DNA of 64,000 nt from Camelus ferus. Taxonomy: Eukaryota. The stretch spans positions 15,874,001 to 15,938,000 of the forward strand of contig NC_045697.1 in NCBI RefSeq assembly GCF_009834535.1, read 5' to 3'. Positions 52,070-63,877 of the stretch are shown one piece after another. The position numbers were made by a program, and so were the translations under genes. How positions within the stretch are numbered: position 1 is the first letter of the stretch; each line of letters opens with the position of its first letter. Below the pieces are notes generated by a model that was not told the origin of the DNA, searched no databases, and saw only the letters and a list, made by a program, of their open reading frames with translations.

Positions 52070-52295
52070 GTACAGCGTCGTGGCTTGGCGTGCAGCCCCT
52101 GCTGCTGTCCTGCCTGAGTTCCAGTCTCAACTCCGCTACTGACTTGTATGAATTTTGCAGAGTTACTCGATCTCTCTGTACATCAATTCCCTTCTCTGTA
52201 AAATCGAGACAAGTTTTACTGTAAAGATTAAGCAAATTAACGGGTACGCGAAACCCGTAAAATGATACCCAAATGCTCAATAAACATCAGCTAAT
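52070..52295 (+). mobile_element. MIR SINE
   Basis: ctgcctgagttccagtctc...ttcccttctctgtaaaat...aaatgctcaataaa. Confidence 0.7.
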
Positions 52296-52829
52296 ATGCT
52301 GTTCCTTCTCACAGTTCCCATGTCTTTCCTTTCATAATGCTTTTCACAGATTGTAATTAAAGGCTCACAGGGTGGTAATTTGATTAAGGTATGTCTTCCA
52401 CATAGGCTGTTAAGATCTTTAAAATGAGAGGCTGCTTTTTTTGGTTCACCCTTCTATTCTCAATTCCTAGCATGATATATATTTATTTAATACATGGAGG
52501 ATGGATGTAGGATCCCAGCGACCTTATGTGATGCTGTCTCCGCCTCCAGGCACGACGACGCAGAGGAGCTTCAGCTGCATCCGTATTCCCAGCAGCCTCA
52601 CCCTAGGTCCTTGTCTTTAGTGATTTATTTTTTTGTGACCCACAGCTGACCCTTTCCCGCTGAGCACAAACCCTGCCCCAGATGCTGCACTTTCCCTCGA
52701 TGCCCTGATTTTCCTGGTTCTCAGCAATGAGGGTTTTGTGCTGATTCTATACGCTCTGAAAGCTGTTTGGAGCCAGATGGGAGGAAGAGAGAAAACAGGT
52801 TTCATTCATTGCCCTTTGAGACTCAGAGA

Positions 52830-52990
52830 AGTAATAATAACAGTACCAACAAGTAGTGCATATTGAGTGTTTACTATAAGCTAGGCATTATTCATAGAGC
52901 TTTATATGTATTAACTTATTTAATACCTGCCACCTTCCTAGGGAGAAGATTCTATTACCCCCATTTTACAGAAGGGGAAAGTAAGTCCCA
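52830..52990 (-). mobile_element. MIR SINE
   Basis: tattgagtgtttact...attaccccattttacagaaggggaaa. Confidence 0.72.
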
Positions 52991-53895
52991 GAAGGAAAGA
53001 AAGAAAGGAAAGAAGAGAGAAAGAGAGGGAAAGGAGCAAGGAAGGAAGGAAGCTTTTCTGGTAGAAGAGAGCTTCATTTGCTGAGAACTTTGATTCTTAT
53101 AAGAACTTCCCCATTGCAGCAGGAGTAACCTTTAAAGTAAAACTGATGGAGAGATTATAGAAGATAACACTGAATGTGCACCTATCTTCCCATCTGCTTT
53201 ATAATTAAATAAAATATGATTTTACATAATACCTTTCAGCTGCTTGCTATTTGCACCTCCCCCCGTCCCCCACCCCCAAATCTAATGTATGTAATAGGAG
53301 CAATACAGGTAGTTAAGAAATCTTTACAGCTCATTTTGTATAGTTGGCATTTTCCTTTAAATATTTACAAATTAGCCTTTGGTTTTCAAAGTCTCTCTTT
53401 TCAGAGAGGCATAGTTTTTGCTCCTAGGAATTCCCACGTGCAGGCGGGGCCTCCTGCTTTGGGGTTATTTGGACATTTTCACAGATGCTGTCCAGCCACT
53501 GATATTTACCTGGGGTTGTGGGGTGGGTGCGGGGGGAGCTTACTGTGCATTTTCTTTGTTTAGCTCTTCCTCATGTTGTTTTATTTTATTTTATTTTCCA
53601 AAGAAAGGGGGACGCAGCCGGTGTGCCCGTTCTCTGCAGCAGCTGTCACTTAGCTGAAACTGTCCTCCAGTTGTTGCATCCTTGCATGCTTCCACCAAAC
53701 TCAGAAAAACATGTTTTCAAACTTCCTCTGGGTGGCCAACTGCTGGAAAATCTGCTTCAAACCGTGTCCTGGGAAGGCTTTTTCTCTTTGGCTTTGCAGG
53801 TCTTGAGAGAGGTTCTCACCAACACTCAGCAAATCAGGTGGATGGCTTGGGATTCAGAATCCAGTAGCCCAGTCGGCATCCACCCCAGAGAGTCT

Positions 53896-54335
53896 GATGC
53901 ATTTGTTTCCTGTGGCTGTGGTAACAAATTACCACCAACTTGGTGACTTAATCAACTGCAATTTATTCTTTCAAAGTCCTGGAGGCCAGTAATCCAAAAT
54001 TAACATTTATCTGTAGGATTGTTTCCTTCCAGACACTCCGAGGAAGAGCCTCTCCACCAGCTTCTGGGGGTTGCCTTCGCATTTCTCAGCTTGTAGACAT
54101 CACTCCCATCTCTACCTCGTCTCCACTTTTCCTTCTTCCCTGTACGTCTTCTCCCCTTCTCTTCTCTTCTGAGGACACTTGTCATTGGGTTTAGGGCTCC
54201 CTGTTACATTATGCAGGATGATCTCATCTTGAGATCGGTCACTTCATTATATTCGTAAAGGCCCTTTTTCCAAACAAGGTCACATTCATAGGATCTGGTT
54301 GGACAGATCTTTTGGGGGAGTCCACCCAGTCCACA
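53896..54335 (-). mobile_element. MLT1B/C-like MaLR LTR
   Basis: ggctgtggtaacaaattaccaccaacttggtgactta...caggatgatctcatcttgagat...tttccaaacaaggtcacattcatagg. Confidence 0.8.
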
Positions 54336-54735
54336 TGTTGCATTGAGAGGATTTCTCATGATTCACGGGGATAAGGCTAGGCTTCGACTAAGGAGGGGGG
54401 ATGAAAAGGCATTGGAGCCTCCTGGGGACACGGCCTCTCCCCCTCAGTCTGTTGAGGGTCCTACATGTCTCAGAGCGGTGGGACCTGGCCTGCACGTAGC
54501 TGTGTCTCTGCACAGAGCTCTCCGGCTGCCACTGTTGAGGAGAGGGGCTCAGGGAGAGTCTTCAACACTAATAGCACTAATAAGCCTCTTGAAGGGTGCC
54601 TCTGGGTTGGAAGTTGTGTTCAAAGATTCATAGATGACCGTCAGAGATTATCCTATGCCTGTGAGTCTCAGACTTGATCCAGTATAAAAAGCACTGAGGG
54701 AGTTTATTAAAAACAGAAATTTTCAGTTCTTAGCC

Positions 54736-54990
54736 GGTATTAGTTTGCTAAGGGCTGCTGTAACAAAATGCCCCAGACTGGGTGGCTTAAACAACAGAAG
54801 TTTATTTTCTCACAGTTCTGGAAGCTGCAAGTCGAACATCGAGATATCAGCAGGATTGATTTTTCCCTAAGGTCTCTTTGTGGCTTTCAGGGAAACCCTT
54901 TCTCACTGTGTCCTCACTGGTCTTTCCTCTCTGCACATGCGTCCTCTTCTCATAAGGACACCGGCCTGGGTCTTGAATTGAGGTGATCCC
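54736..54990 (-). mobile_element. MLT1A-like MaLR LTR (partial)
   Basis: gtattagtttgctaagggctgctgtaacaaaat...ggtggcttaaacaacagaagtttattttctcacagttctgga. Confidence 0.82.
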
Positions 54991-55616
54991 AGACTAGTAG
55001 TACCAAGTAGGAGGAAGATGCACATTCAGATTCTTTCTAAAGGGAGATACCTGTATTCTAAACCTCCAATTATTATTACAAATATTTTTAACAGTAATCA
55101 TCAGCACACAAATATAGCCAGATGGACATGGAGAAATGATGACCCCCAAAATCACCAGAATCAACAGACAGCAGAAACAAACCCAGGATGATCTCAATTA
55201 GAATGCTTATTAGAGATAATCATGTTCATTATGTTTAAATCATAGAGACAAACTTGAAATACCTTTCAGAAAAGGAATAAGCCTCTGCAGGTCTGAGTGT
55301 GAATCCCAGGTCCAGCAGTCACTAGCTAAAGAGGACTCTCGTTTCTCCAGGGTACAGTGGAGACACTAGCATCTACTCCTAGGGTTGTTGTAAAGACAAA
55401 ACAGGATGGCGTGGACTCCAGTACAGTGCTGAAGTGTAACTGTGCATATCCGAGGCTTCAGTGAGCTCTGAGAGTCCTAGCAAATTACTGACGCAACCTG
55501 ATTTGGGGGATCTTTTGAACTTGAACTTGGTGTCAGAAGTGAGGGCAATCTGGTGAAGGACTGTTTCCTCAGCCTTTTCAGTCTAACACCAGACAGTGAG
55601 TGTATGTGTGCATACA

Positions 55617-55618
<2 letters not shown>

Positions 55619-55672
<54 letters not shown>
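55619..55672. repeat. (TG)n microsatellite with one interruption
   Basis: Read directly from the sequence. Confidence 0.95.
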
Positions 55673-57224
55673 CACGCGTGCATATGCAGTATGACACTGG
55701 ATGGAATTCTTAAATGAACAGTTTGTCTAAGGCTATAACATATAGCAAGTCTTAGATATTTTTCTTCTTGCATCTTTATATTCAACCTGCTGACTATGAG
55801 ACCCTTCCTACTGACCTTTTGATCCAAAACCAAACTCTCACTCCACAATGGGTGTCATATTCACCCCCATGTACTTTGTATCCATCCACAGTTCCTGTCA
55901 GTCTGTGTTTACTTTGCCTGCAACTCTGCTTAAAGAAAGAGTGAATTCACAGAAGTGTTTTTTCCCTACTAAGATTTGGGACCTCATAAGTCATGGTGAA
56001 AGAAATGTGATGATGGTCTCTTTCTGTTCTCGAGGAGATTGAAACAGGAAAGGCATGCAGGTTCCAGTACGGTTTTGTAATTTTTCCCAGTGGCGGCACA
56101 ATGAGAGGGATTCCAGCAGGCTAGTTCCTCAGCCCTAACTAGGTAATTCTCTACTTGAATGTTCCTGCAGTGAAAACGCAGAGACATCCACCAGTGTCAT
56201 TCGGGCCGTTTAGTACCTGCTGCGGAACTCCTGGCAGTTAACAATGAAATTGTCAAGATTTCCTTTTTGTTCCCTTCCAAGCAGGCAGGGCATCGTTTTT
56301 ATCCCCTGGTTTAGCACATGAATCAATCGTTCTGTACGTGATCGGTGGCACTGTGCATGTTGTCAGAAGCTGTCTGGCTTTATACCTGGCAGACTCACTT
56401 GTTGGGCAGTAGTTCTGCAAATGAGAAAGAAAATATGCAGAACCTCATATGTTCCCAGATTGAATTACAAGACAGTCAAAAAAGATTGTTGTTTTTCTGG
56501 CCTGGTATTTGGTTTTGGTCATTTTCATTCTTAGACATATGCCATCCCGAAATTAAAATTTAAAAGATCATTTAAAATATTGGTATTTTGCAGATTGAGG
56601 TTGACAGAGAGGAGGGGAGATACACGTGGCCAGGTGGACAGGTAGAAGAAGGAATGCCTAGTAAATGTTTTAATTCCTGCAAAGCTTGATGTGCTCAAAT
56701 AGTATATATTTCATTTTCTGAAAGTACTTTATTTAAAACGAGCCAATCCAGCTTGGCTCAGTTCCTGCCTTGAGGCCATTCATAAGGCTTTTTCCAAGTA
56801 AAACACTTTGTGTGCACTGTGCACAAAGGTAGAGGGGTTATGCATCAATTAACCTGTCAGAAAACTTTCATCTATGGAATATCCATAGGCAAAAAAATTC
56901 CAAGAAGATTTGGAGATCAACACATGTATAGTGGTATATGGGTATAGCACTTTTGAGATATCTGAGAAATACAGATTTATAACAGAAAAAAATTAAAAGG
57001 TGGGTCTTGCTGTGCTGCAGCTAGAGGAGTCATTTGGGTTGAAAGCAATCCCTAGTAAAATGAAAATTCGACTTATTATATAAAAGCTCATTTTCCCCAA
57101 GCTTATTTAGGAATATATCTATCTCATAAAGAAAACTTGCCTTTTAACTTAATTTATGCACCATGAAACAGGTATCAGTGCATCCCGTAGATTAAGTTTA
57201 CTTGTTATAGTGTTATAATTTTAT

Positions 57225-57440
57225 TTTTATTTTTATTTTTAGATTTATAGTGCTGTGTTAGTTTCTGATGTATAGCACAGTGATTCAGTTATACACACAC
57301 ACACACACATATACATATATATATACACATATTCTTTTTCATTACAGATTACTACAAAACATTGAATATCATTCCCTGTGCTATATAGGAGGACCTTGTT
57401 ATTTATCTCTTCCATACATAGCAGTTTGTATCAGCCAATC
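57225..57440 (-). mobile_element. Short L1 3' end
   Basis: attgaatatcattccctgtgctatataggaggaccttg, same family as 1600-1829. Confidence 0.78.
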
Positions 57441-57964
57441 CCTGTACTCGTTATGGTTTTAAAAAAGAAAATGTTCAAGGCAAAGATTCACACAACCTCA
57501 GAGTTTTGCCAAACTTAAAATACTAATAAAAAATGTGCTCAATTCCCTGACTAAAGTGATAGAAATCAGTGCAAACCTACTTGGAGAATTCTCCACACTT
57601 TGCGCATCTGCGCTTGTGGAGGGGAGGGGGTCTATTGTTTTGGCTCTTAGAGGGCTTAAGCACCACTCTGAGTTTAGATGTGGGGCAGAGGAGATGCTGT
57701 AGCATTTCAGTGCCTACCCAGTGTGGGATTAAAGACACAGCCAGACCTCTGTGCTGACGCTTTTCATTCTGGAAGTTCTATTTCCAGAATTAAGAGAGAT
57801 ACCTTGACTGGGTCATGGGGACACAAGGTAAGTGCTGGGGCTTCCTCAGCTGTGTAATTATCACTTTTTCTAATTTAAAAATGGGGTTTTCTGGATTGTC
57901 TGGAAATTGTGTTTAGAAGCTGGGTCGTGTTTTTACTCAATACAATTTTATGGTACTGGGAGAA

Positions 57965-57967
<3 letters not shown>

Positions 57968-58003
<36 letters not shown>
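57968..58003. repeat. (TG)18 microsatellite
   Basis: Read directly from the sequence. Confidence 0.95.
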
Positions 58004-58007
<4 letters not shown>

Positions 58008-58328
58008 TGTTTCTTTGTGTCTGAAAAGGTAGTAGGTATTGAAAAGATACGTGTACTGAGTAAATGAATGAATTAATAAAATGAATGTCAAAATGAATGA
58101 CTAACCAAATATTTAGAATTATGTAATTTAACTTCTTGCATGAAGCCCCTGCTTGGTTGAAACAGAAGCTTGGAAAAAAGGGATTGAGACAAGGTGTTTT
58201 TCTGTTCCCACTGTGATCCTCTGAAGGAGAAAGATACCCACCCACACTGGTCATGGATGGTTTTGTCTGTATTCTCATAAAACCTTCTGGAAAATGGTAA
58301 TTTTTTGTTTTTTTTTTTTAAATTTCAG

Positions 58329-58531
58329 CTATCCAACTTGATAAAGTCCATCTTCAAGTATATTGTGCATGGTCTCTTCTGGATAACTTTGAGTGGAACA
58401 AGGGGTACAGCAGCCGGTTTGGTCTCTTCCACGTGGATTTTGAAGATCCAGCTAGACCCCGAGTCCCTTACACATCAGCCAAGGAGTATGCTAAGATCAT
58501 CCGAAACAATGGTCTGGAGGGAGGTCAGTAG
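58329..58531 (+). CDS. GBA3: GBA3 terminal coding exon 5 to TAG stop
   Basis: T-rich tract and aatttcag| at 58328; phase-1 join G|CT=Ala. Reads [67 protein letters not shown], with the GH1 WSLLDNFEW and RFGL motifs. TAG at 58529-58531. Confidence 0.97.
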
Positions 58532-59225
58532 AAGAGACGGCTGAGCAGTATCACCTGGAGAAGAGGCTTCTGCTCTGCTCTCTGAAGGGAAATCTGCTCT
58601 GGAGTTCCCCCAGACAACCTCAGGTTGCCTTGGGAATCAATACATCCTACCAGATGACCCATGATCACAAAGTCTGAATATGTGATGCCTGAACTTTTAA
58701 TGATGGCTCTTACTCTATTTGGATTTTGATCAATGAGCCTTTAAAAAAAACAAAATAGAAATGCACCAAAATTAATTTTTATATTAAGAAATCAAATGGA
58801 CTTGGAAACTTCAGTGTTAATCCTTAGAGTTTTTCTGGAAAAAATAAGGCAAAATCATAAAGACAGCACACTCACGATTTGCAACTCTAACAGCAGACCA
58901 CTTATTATAAGAATACTTGTTTCTGATCCTATTTTTTCCAATCACGTAAGCTGTTGTTTGCTTTAGTAGATCCATTGTCATGTGGTCCCTAACTTCCTAC
59001 ATTTAATCTAGTATAAAAATCAAAATTAGAAATTAGTCATGTTACATAGTTATATATTCTGTTCACCAAAGGGATTAATTGATAACCTACCTAATAAAAT
59101 GGATTTGTTGATGTATTTGGCACATATTTCATCTATGCATGAACAGTTACATCTTTCTCTTGCCTGATACACACTTTTGGAAAATAACAAATTAATAAAA
59201 TAAATGCGATTGTGAATGACGAAAA
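58532..59225 (+). other. GBA3: Probable GBA3 3' UTR
   Basis: AT-rich unique sequence after the stop codon, ending near an AATAAA cluster. The 3' end is inferred. Confidence 0.6.
59194..59204 (+). promoter_or_regulatory. Overlapping AATAAA polyadenylation signals (alternative AATAAA at 59093-59098)
   Basis: AATAAAATAAA about 660 nt after the stop, with GT-rich sequence (tttgagggttgatgttt) downstream. Confidence 0.6.
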
Positions 59226-61854
59226 GTATTTGAGGGTTGATGTTTATCAGAAATTGGATTCCTACTCTAAAGTGACACCAAATTAAAAGCAAAATACTAA
59301 GCAGAGCATGGTCTCTACTTTTGAGTATTTTTAAATATTAAAGATCCGTAAGAACATTGGTGGAAATTTTTCATTCTTTTTTATGGCCGAGTAATATTCC
59401 TTTGTGTATATATACCGCATCTTCTTTAGCCATTCATTTATTGATGGACACTTATGTTGCTCCCAGACTCAGGTAGTATTTACTAAACATTCATGTGTAT
59501 ATCAGGCTTGAAACAAAGAGTACTATTACCCCCATTTTGCAAATGGAGAAACCGAGGCCACACTGATGTGCATGTTCCTCAAGTTACATCAGTGCTTGTT
59601 TACTGTACCTGGCACCTCTTTGTCTTCAGTTCTGTTCTCTGTCCAGCACAGTGGAAGTTGGGGTGCCATGGAAGGCTTCTCTGCATTTTTTTGAACAAGG
59701 AAGAAAGAAACAAGGATGGGGAGTTACTTCATGCAGGAGGACATGGGGAAGGTGGTTTTCTGTATTCTCCTGATTGGCTGAGGACTCTGCACTTACTTTG
59801 CCAGTCTCCTAAGGCTTTGGCTCTGAGCAGACACTTTGTCTTTTTTAAAAAACACTGGTCAATTTCTGGATCATTTTCATGTTCATAATTGGGGAATTAC
59901 TTACAGCAAAGCACGGTCTCTCAGTAACTTTGGATCGAGTGAGAAAGAAATGGTCATAGTAGTTCAATAATCTGGATGCACTGGGGAAAATTATATTAAG
60001 ATTAAAATGGTATACATAGGAAATTCTATCACATCTTTACCACTGGTTTGTTATTTTTATTGTTCAGTGAGACATTATCTCACAATTTGTGTTCATTTAA
60101 AAAGCACATTTCCAAATCTTATTTCATTCCTCTCCTATCCAGCCTGTCTTTTTCATTTTTACCATGCATCTTATTTACAGTTTATGTGTCCTCCTTACAT
60201 TATCTTGCAAGACAACTGAGTTTTCCTTTTAATTAGGATGTTGCTTTGAATATTACTTATCCTACAGGGCGTATTTACAAGTTTTACAGCAATACAAATG
60301 AGCACTGTATTTTCGTTACCAAAACCAGAGAATTAATATTCATGCTGTAAGTAAAACGATCTGTCACATTTGGTACCAGGTGAAACAAACAATCTAGCTG
60401 CAGCGCCCAGGCTGCCTCACAGCGCGGTGGCCTTGCGTGGTTCTCTGCTGTGTTTCAAAGGCTGGCTCTTTGCCCCAGTGACGAATCAAGCCAAGGGTGC
60501 TTCCCTAGTTAGCTCTGCAAATTAGAACTGCCAGGAGGTTAGGGCGAGGACAAAAAAAAAAAAAAAAAAAAAATCTACCATCCAAAACCCTAACAGCCCC
60601 AACAGTATTTTAATTAACGTTATTTCTAATTGCTAGTATTAGCATTTGAGAACAAAATTGATTGGCTTTTCCCCGTCAAGAAAACAGAACTTGGATTCTT
60701 TCAACGGAAAAGCAGGAGTTGTTAATTATACTTAAAAATCCATAGATACTGTACTTAAATGTCTTGAAGGTCATCTGGGGCTTGTACAGCACGTATTTTA
60801 TGTCTGTTTTATCTAAGGAGAAACTTGGGTATGACCGTGATGGATTGGATCTACTTGTATTTCTCTCTACCTTCCTTCTTTGATTTTCCTTTAAAAGGGA
60901 TTGTGAGCACATGTTATTAACATCCTGGGGATCATTTTTAAAGTATTGGTTTTTTTTTTTTTTTGATAGTTTTCATTTTAGGGCAAGTCAGTTCTGAATT
61001 GCTAAAAACATGCAGAAAGCAACAATTTTGATGTTATTTTCTTCATGTTACTTTTTGATAGGGCTTTAGTTTTATAACTCCTGCGAACACCACCAGGAAA
61101 TGTCCACTAAAGCCCTTTATTGAACAAGAAGGTACGAGTTCTCATTAAGAAAGCCATGAACTAAGATGCCGGCAACCTTGGTGCTTGGCGGTGGAGAGCC
61201 AATCAGGCTTTTGTGGTCTGGGAATTTGTGTTCAGCCTGTAGTTTTTAATTATTTTCATGAATGAGGGAATAATGAATACATTTGTAATATATTGAAAAA
61301 ATTCCTCAGTACTGACTGACCAAAAAGTAGATTTATACGATAATCCTTAAGCACCAGTTGTATTGCTCAGTGCTGAGTAGAAAGCAGAAGACTGAAGTGC
61401 GTTACTGAGAGAGCAGAGTAAATCAGAGCTGATGGGATTAATACTGTCTAATTACTAGCAAGACACCTTACATGGAGAACGCATATTCATCAGTGATCAC
61501 AATATTTTAGGCTCTAGTTGTCCCAAGACGGATATAGTACAGAGCACAAAGCGTGATGCGCCCCAAAGAATGAAATTAGAAGACACTGTGACATAGAGAC
61601 ACTTTATGGTGGCCTTTAGAATTATGAGTCACAGCAGTACAAGGGGAGAAGAAACCTTATAAATTGCAGCAGTTGGTGAGATGGAGGGGCAGTGGAAGTG
61701 GTGGGTTAGGTTCCCAACGGTGAAGGTTAGTGAGCGGCTCTTGTGCAGAGTAAACAGAGCCTGTTGTCCCAGGCTTTCCCAGTGCTATGTGTCACTGGAC
61801 CTGTGACTGGCTCATCTGACCTTGCCTGAGTGATATGGGTACCTGGCATGACAA

Positions 61855-62085
61855 ATGTAGTGGAATCATTAAGAACACGGACTCTGGAGTCAGTTCACCT
61901 GCATTTAAATCCTGGCTCTGACATGTACTAGCTAAGGGACATTAAGCAACTTACTAAGCATCCCTGTACCTCAGTTTCCCTGTCTGTAAAATGGGCTCTT
62001 CACAAGGCTGTTGTGAAAGATAAATAAGCTGATAGATGTAATGTGTTCAGAGCAGCTGGGCTCGAGGAGTGTGAGCTGTTATGTT
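61855..62085 (+). mobile_element. MIR SINE
   Basis: ggactctggagtcag...cctcagtttccctgtctgtaaaatggg. Confidence 0.8.
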
Positions 62086-62518
62086 TAACTTTCAAACTTG
62101 CTCACTGTTTCTGGCTCCTGCAGAGGCTTCTGCTCTGGTAGCTTGGGATTCACTGTCTCTTCAGTTTTTGTCGTAGCATTTTCCCCTGGGGCCTCAGTCT
62201 TTAACAGATCTAAGAAGAATTTTAATTATCAGTTTGCTTAGCTTTATTTTGGACCGGAGCAATGACTTGCAAGCTCCTTACATATTGGACTGGAAACTGG
62301 AAGTTGCCATTATTTTTATAATCATTAGAATTGAAGGTTTCCAGCAGCCTAATCAGTACACAATTTATTAAACTAAACTGTGCAATACATTGTAGAGGTG
62401 CAATACTGCAGGCAGGACTGTACTCCAAAGAAGCTCATGGTCTGGTTAGAGAACTTGGATAGAGACATGAAATAACAAACTACACCAGGTGAATTTTCCA
62501 GATGTTAAGAGAGGAGAG

Positions 62519-63161
62519 TGTAAATCAATGAGGCTAGAACACTCCCTCACACCATACACAAAAACAAACTCAAAATGGCTTAAAGACTTAAACATAAGAC
62601 AGGACACCATAAATATCCTAGAAGGAAACATAGGCAAAACATTCTCTAACATAATTGTAGCAATGTTTTTCCTAGGCCAAGCTCCCAAGGCAATAGAAAC
62701 AAAACAAACAAATGGGACCTAATTGAACTTATAAGCCTTTGCACAGCAAAGGAAACCATAAACAAAACGAAAAGATAACCTACAGACTGGGAGAAAATAT
62801 TTGTTAACGATGCGACTGACAAGGGCTTAACTTCCAGAATATACAAACAGCTCATACAACTCAGTAACAAAAAAAAAAAGCAATCTAGTCAAAAAATGGA
62901 CAGAAGACTGAAACAGACATTTCTCCAGTGAAGACATACAGATGGCCAATAAGCACATGCGAAATGCTCAATATTGCTAATTATCAGAGAAATGCAAATC
63001 AAAACTAAGATTCTACATATAAATGATATCATATAATATTAGTATTTCTCTGACTTACTTGACTTAGTATAATAATCTCTAGATCCATCCATGTTGTTGC
63101 AAATGACATCATTTCATTCATTTTTATGGCTGAGTAGTATTCCTATATATATATATATATA

Positions 63162-63212
<51 letters not shown>

Positions 63213-63877
63213 CACATCTTCTTTATCCAGTCATCTGTTGTTGGACATTTAGTTTGCTTCCATGGCTTGGCTATTGTAAATAGTGCTGATATGAACATTG
63301 GGGTGAATATTTCTTTTTGAATTATAGTTTCCTCAGGATATATGCCTAGGAGTGGGATTACTGGATCATATATATGGTAAACCTATTTTTAGTTTTTTAA
63401 GGAATCTCCATACTGTTTTCCATAGTGGCTGCACCAAATTTTATTCCCACCAACAGTGTAGGAGGGTTCCCTTTTCTCCACACTCCCTCCAGCATTTATC
63501 ATTTGTGGACTTTTTAATGATGGCTATTCTAACTGGTGTGAGGTGATATCTCATTGTAGTTTTAAAAAAGTGACACAGATGAACTTATTTACAAAACAGA
63601 AACAGATTCACAGACATAGAAAACAAGTTTATGTTTACCAAAGGGGAAAGTGGTGGGGGGAGGGATAAATTAGTAGTTTGGAATTAACAGATACAAACTA
63701 CTGTATGTAAAAAATAAGCAACAAGATCCTGCTGTGTAGCAGAAGGAACTGTATTCAATAGCTTGTAATAACCTATAATGAAAAAGAATATCTATATGTG
63801 TATAGGTGAATCACTATGCTGTACACCAGAAACTAACACCACATTGTAAATCAACTGTACTTCAATTAAAAAAAAAA
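62519..63877 (+). mobile_element. 5'-truncated L1 (ORF2 3' part, 3'UTR, polyA) with internal inversion 63008-63563 and 12-bp TSD
   Basis: ORF2 peptide [18 protein letters not shown]. aagagaggagag at 62507-62518 versus aagaggggagag at 63878-63889, at a TT/AAGA site. Confidence 0.9.

Larger units (their letters stand above)
4906..58328 (+). other. GBA3: GBA3 intron 4 (53,423 nt, GT-AG, phase 1)
   Basis: Bounded by the exon 4 donor and exon 5 acceptor. The GH1 protein sequence is contiguous across the junction. Confidence 0.93.

Noticed and set aside
51461..52280. 128-aa and 124-aa minus-strand ORFs
   Set aside because: They overlap LTR-like and MIR remnants and show no recognisable protein motif.
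53216..53946. Overlapping 115-aa and 142-aa ORFs
   Set aside because: No recognisable homology or exon structure, and the end runs into an MLT1 LTR.
58305..58544. 79-aa ORF over exon 5
   Set aside because: Wrong frame; the GH1 sequence is in a different frame.
62489..62722. ORF with L1 ORF2 peptide
   Set aside because: Truncated, frameshifted retrotransposon remnant.
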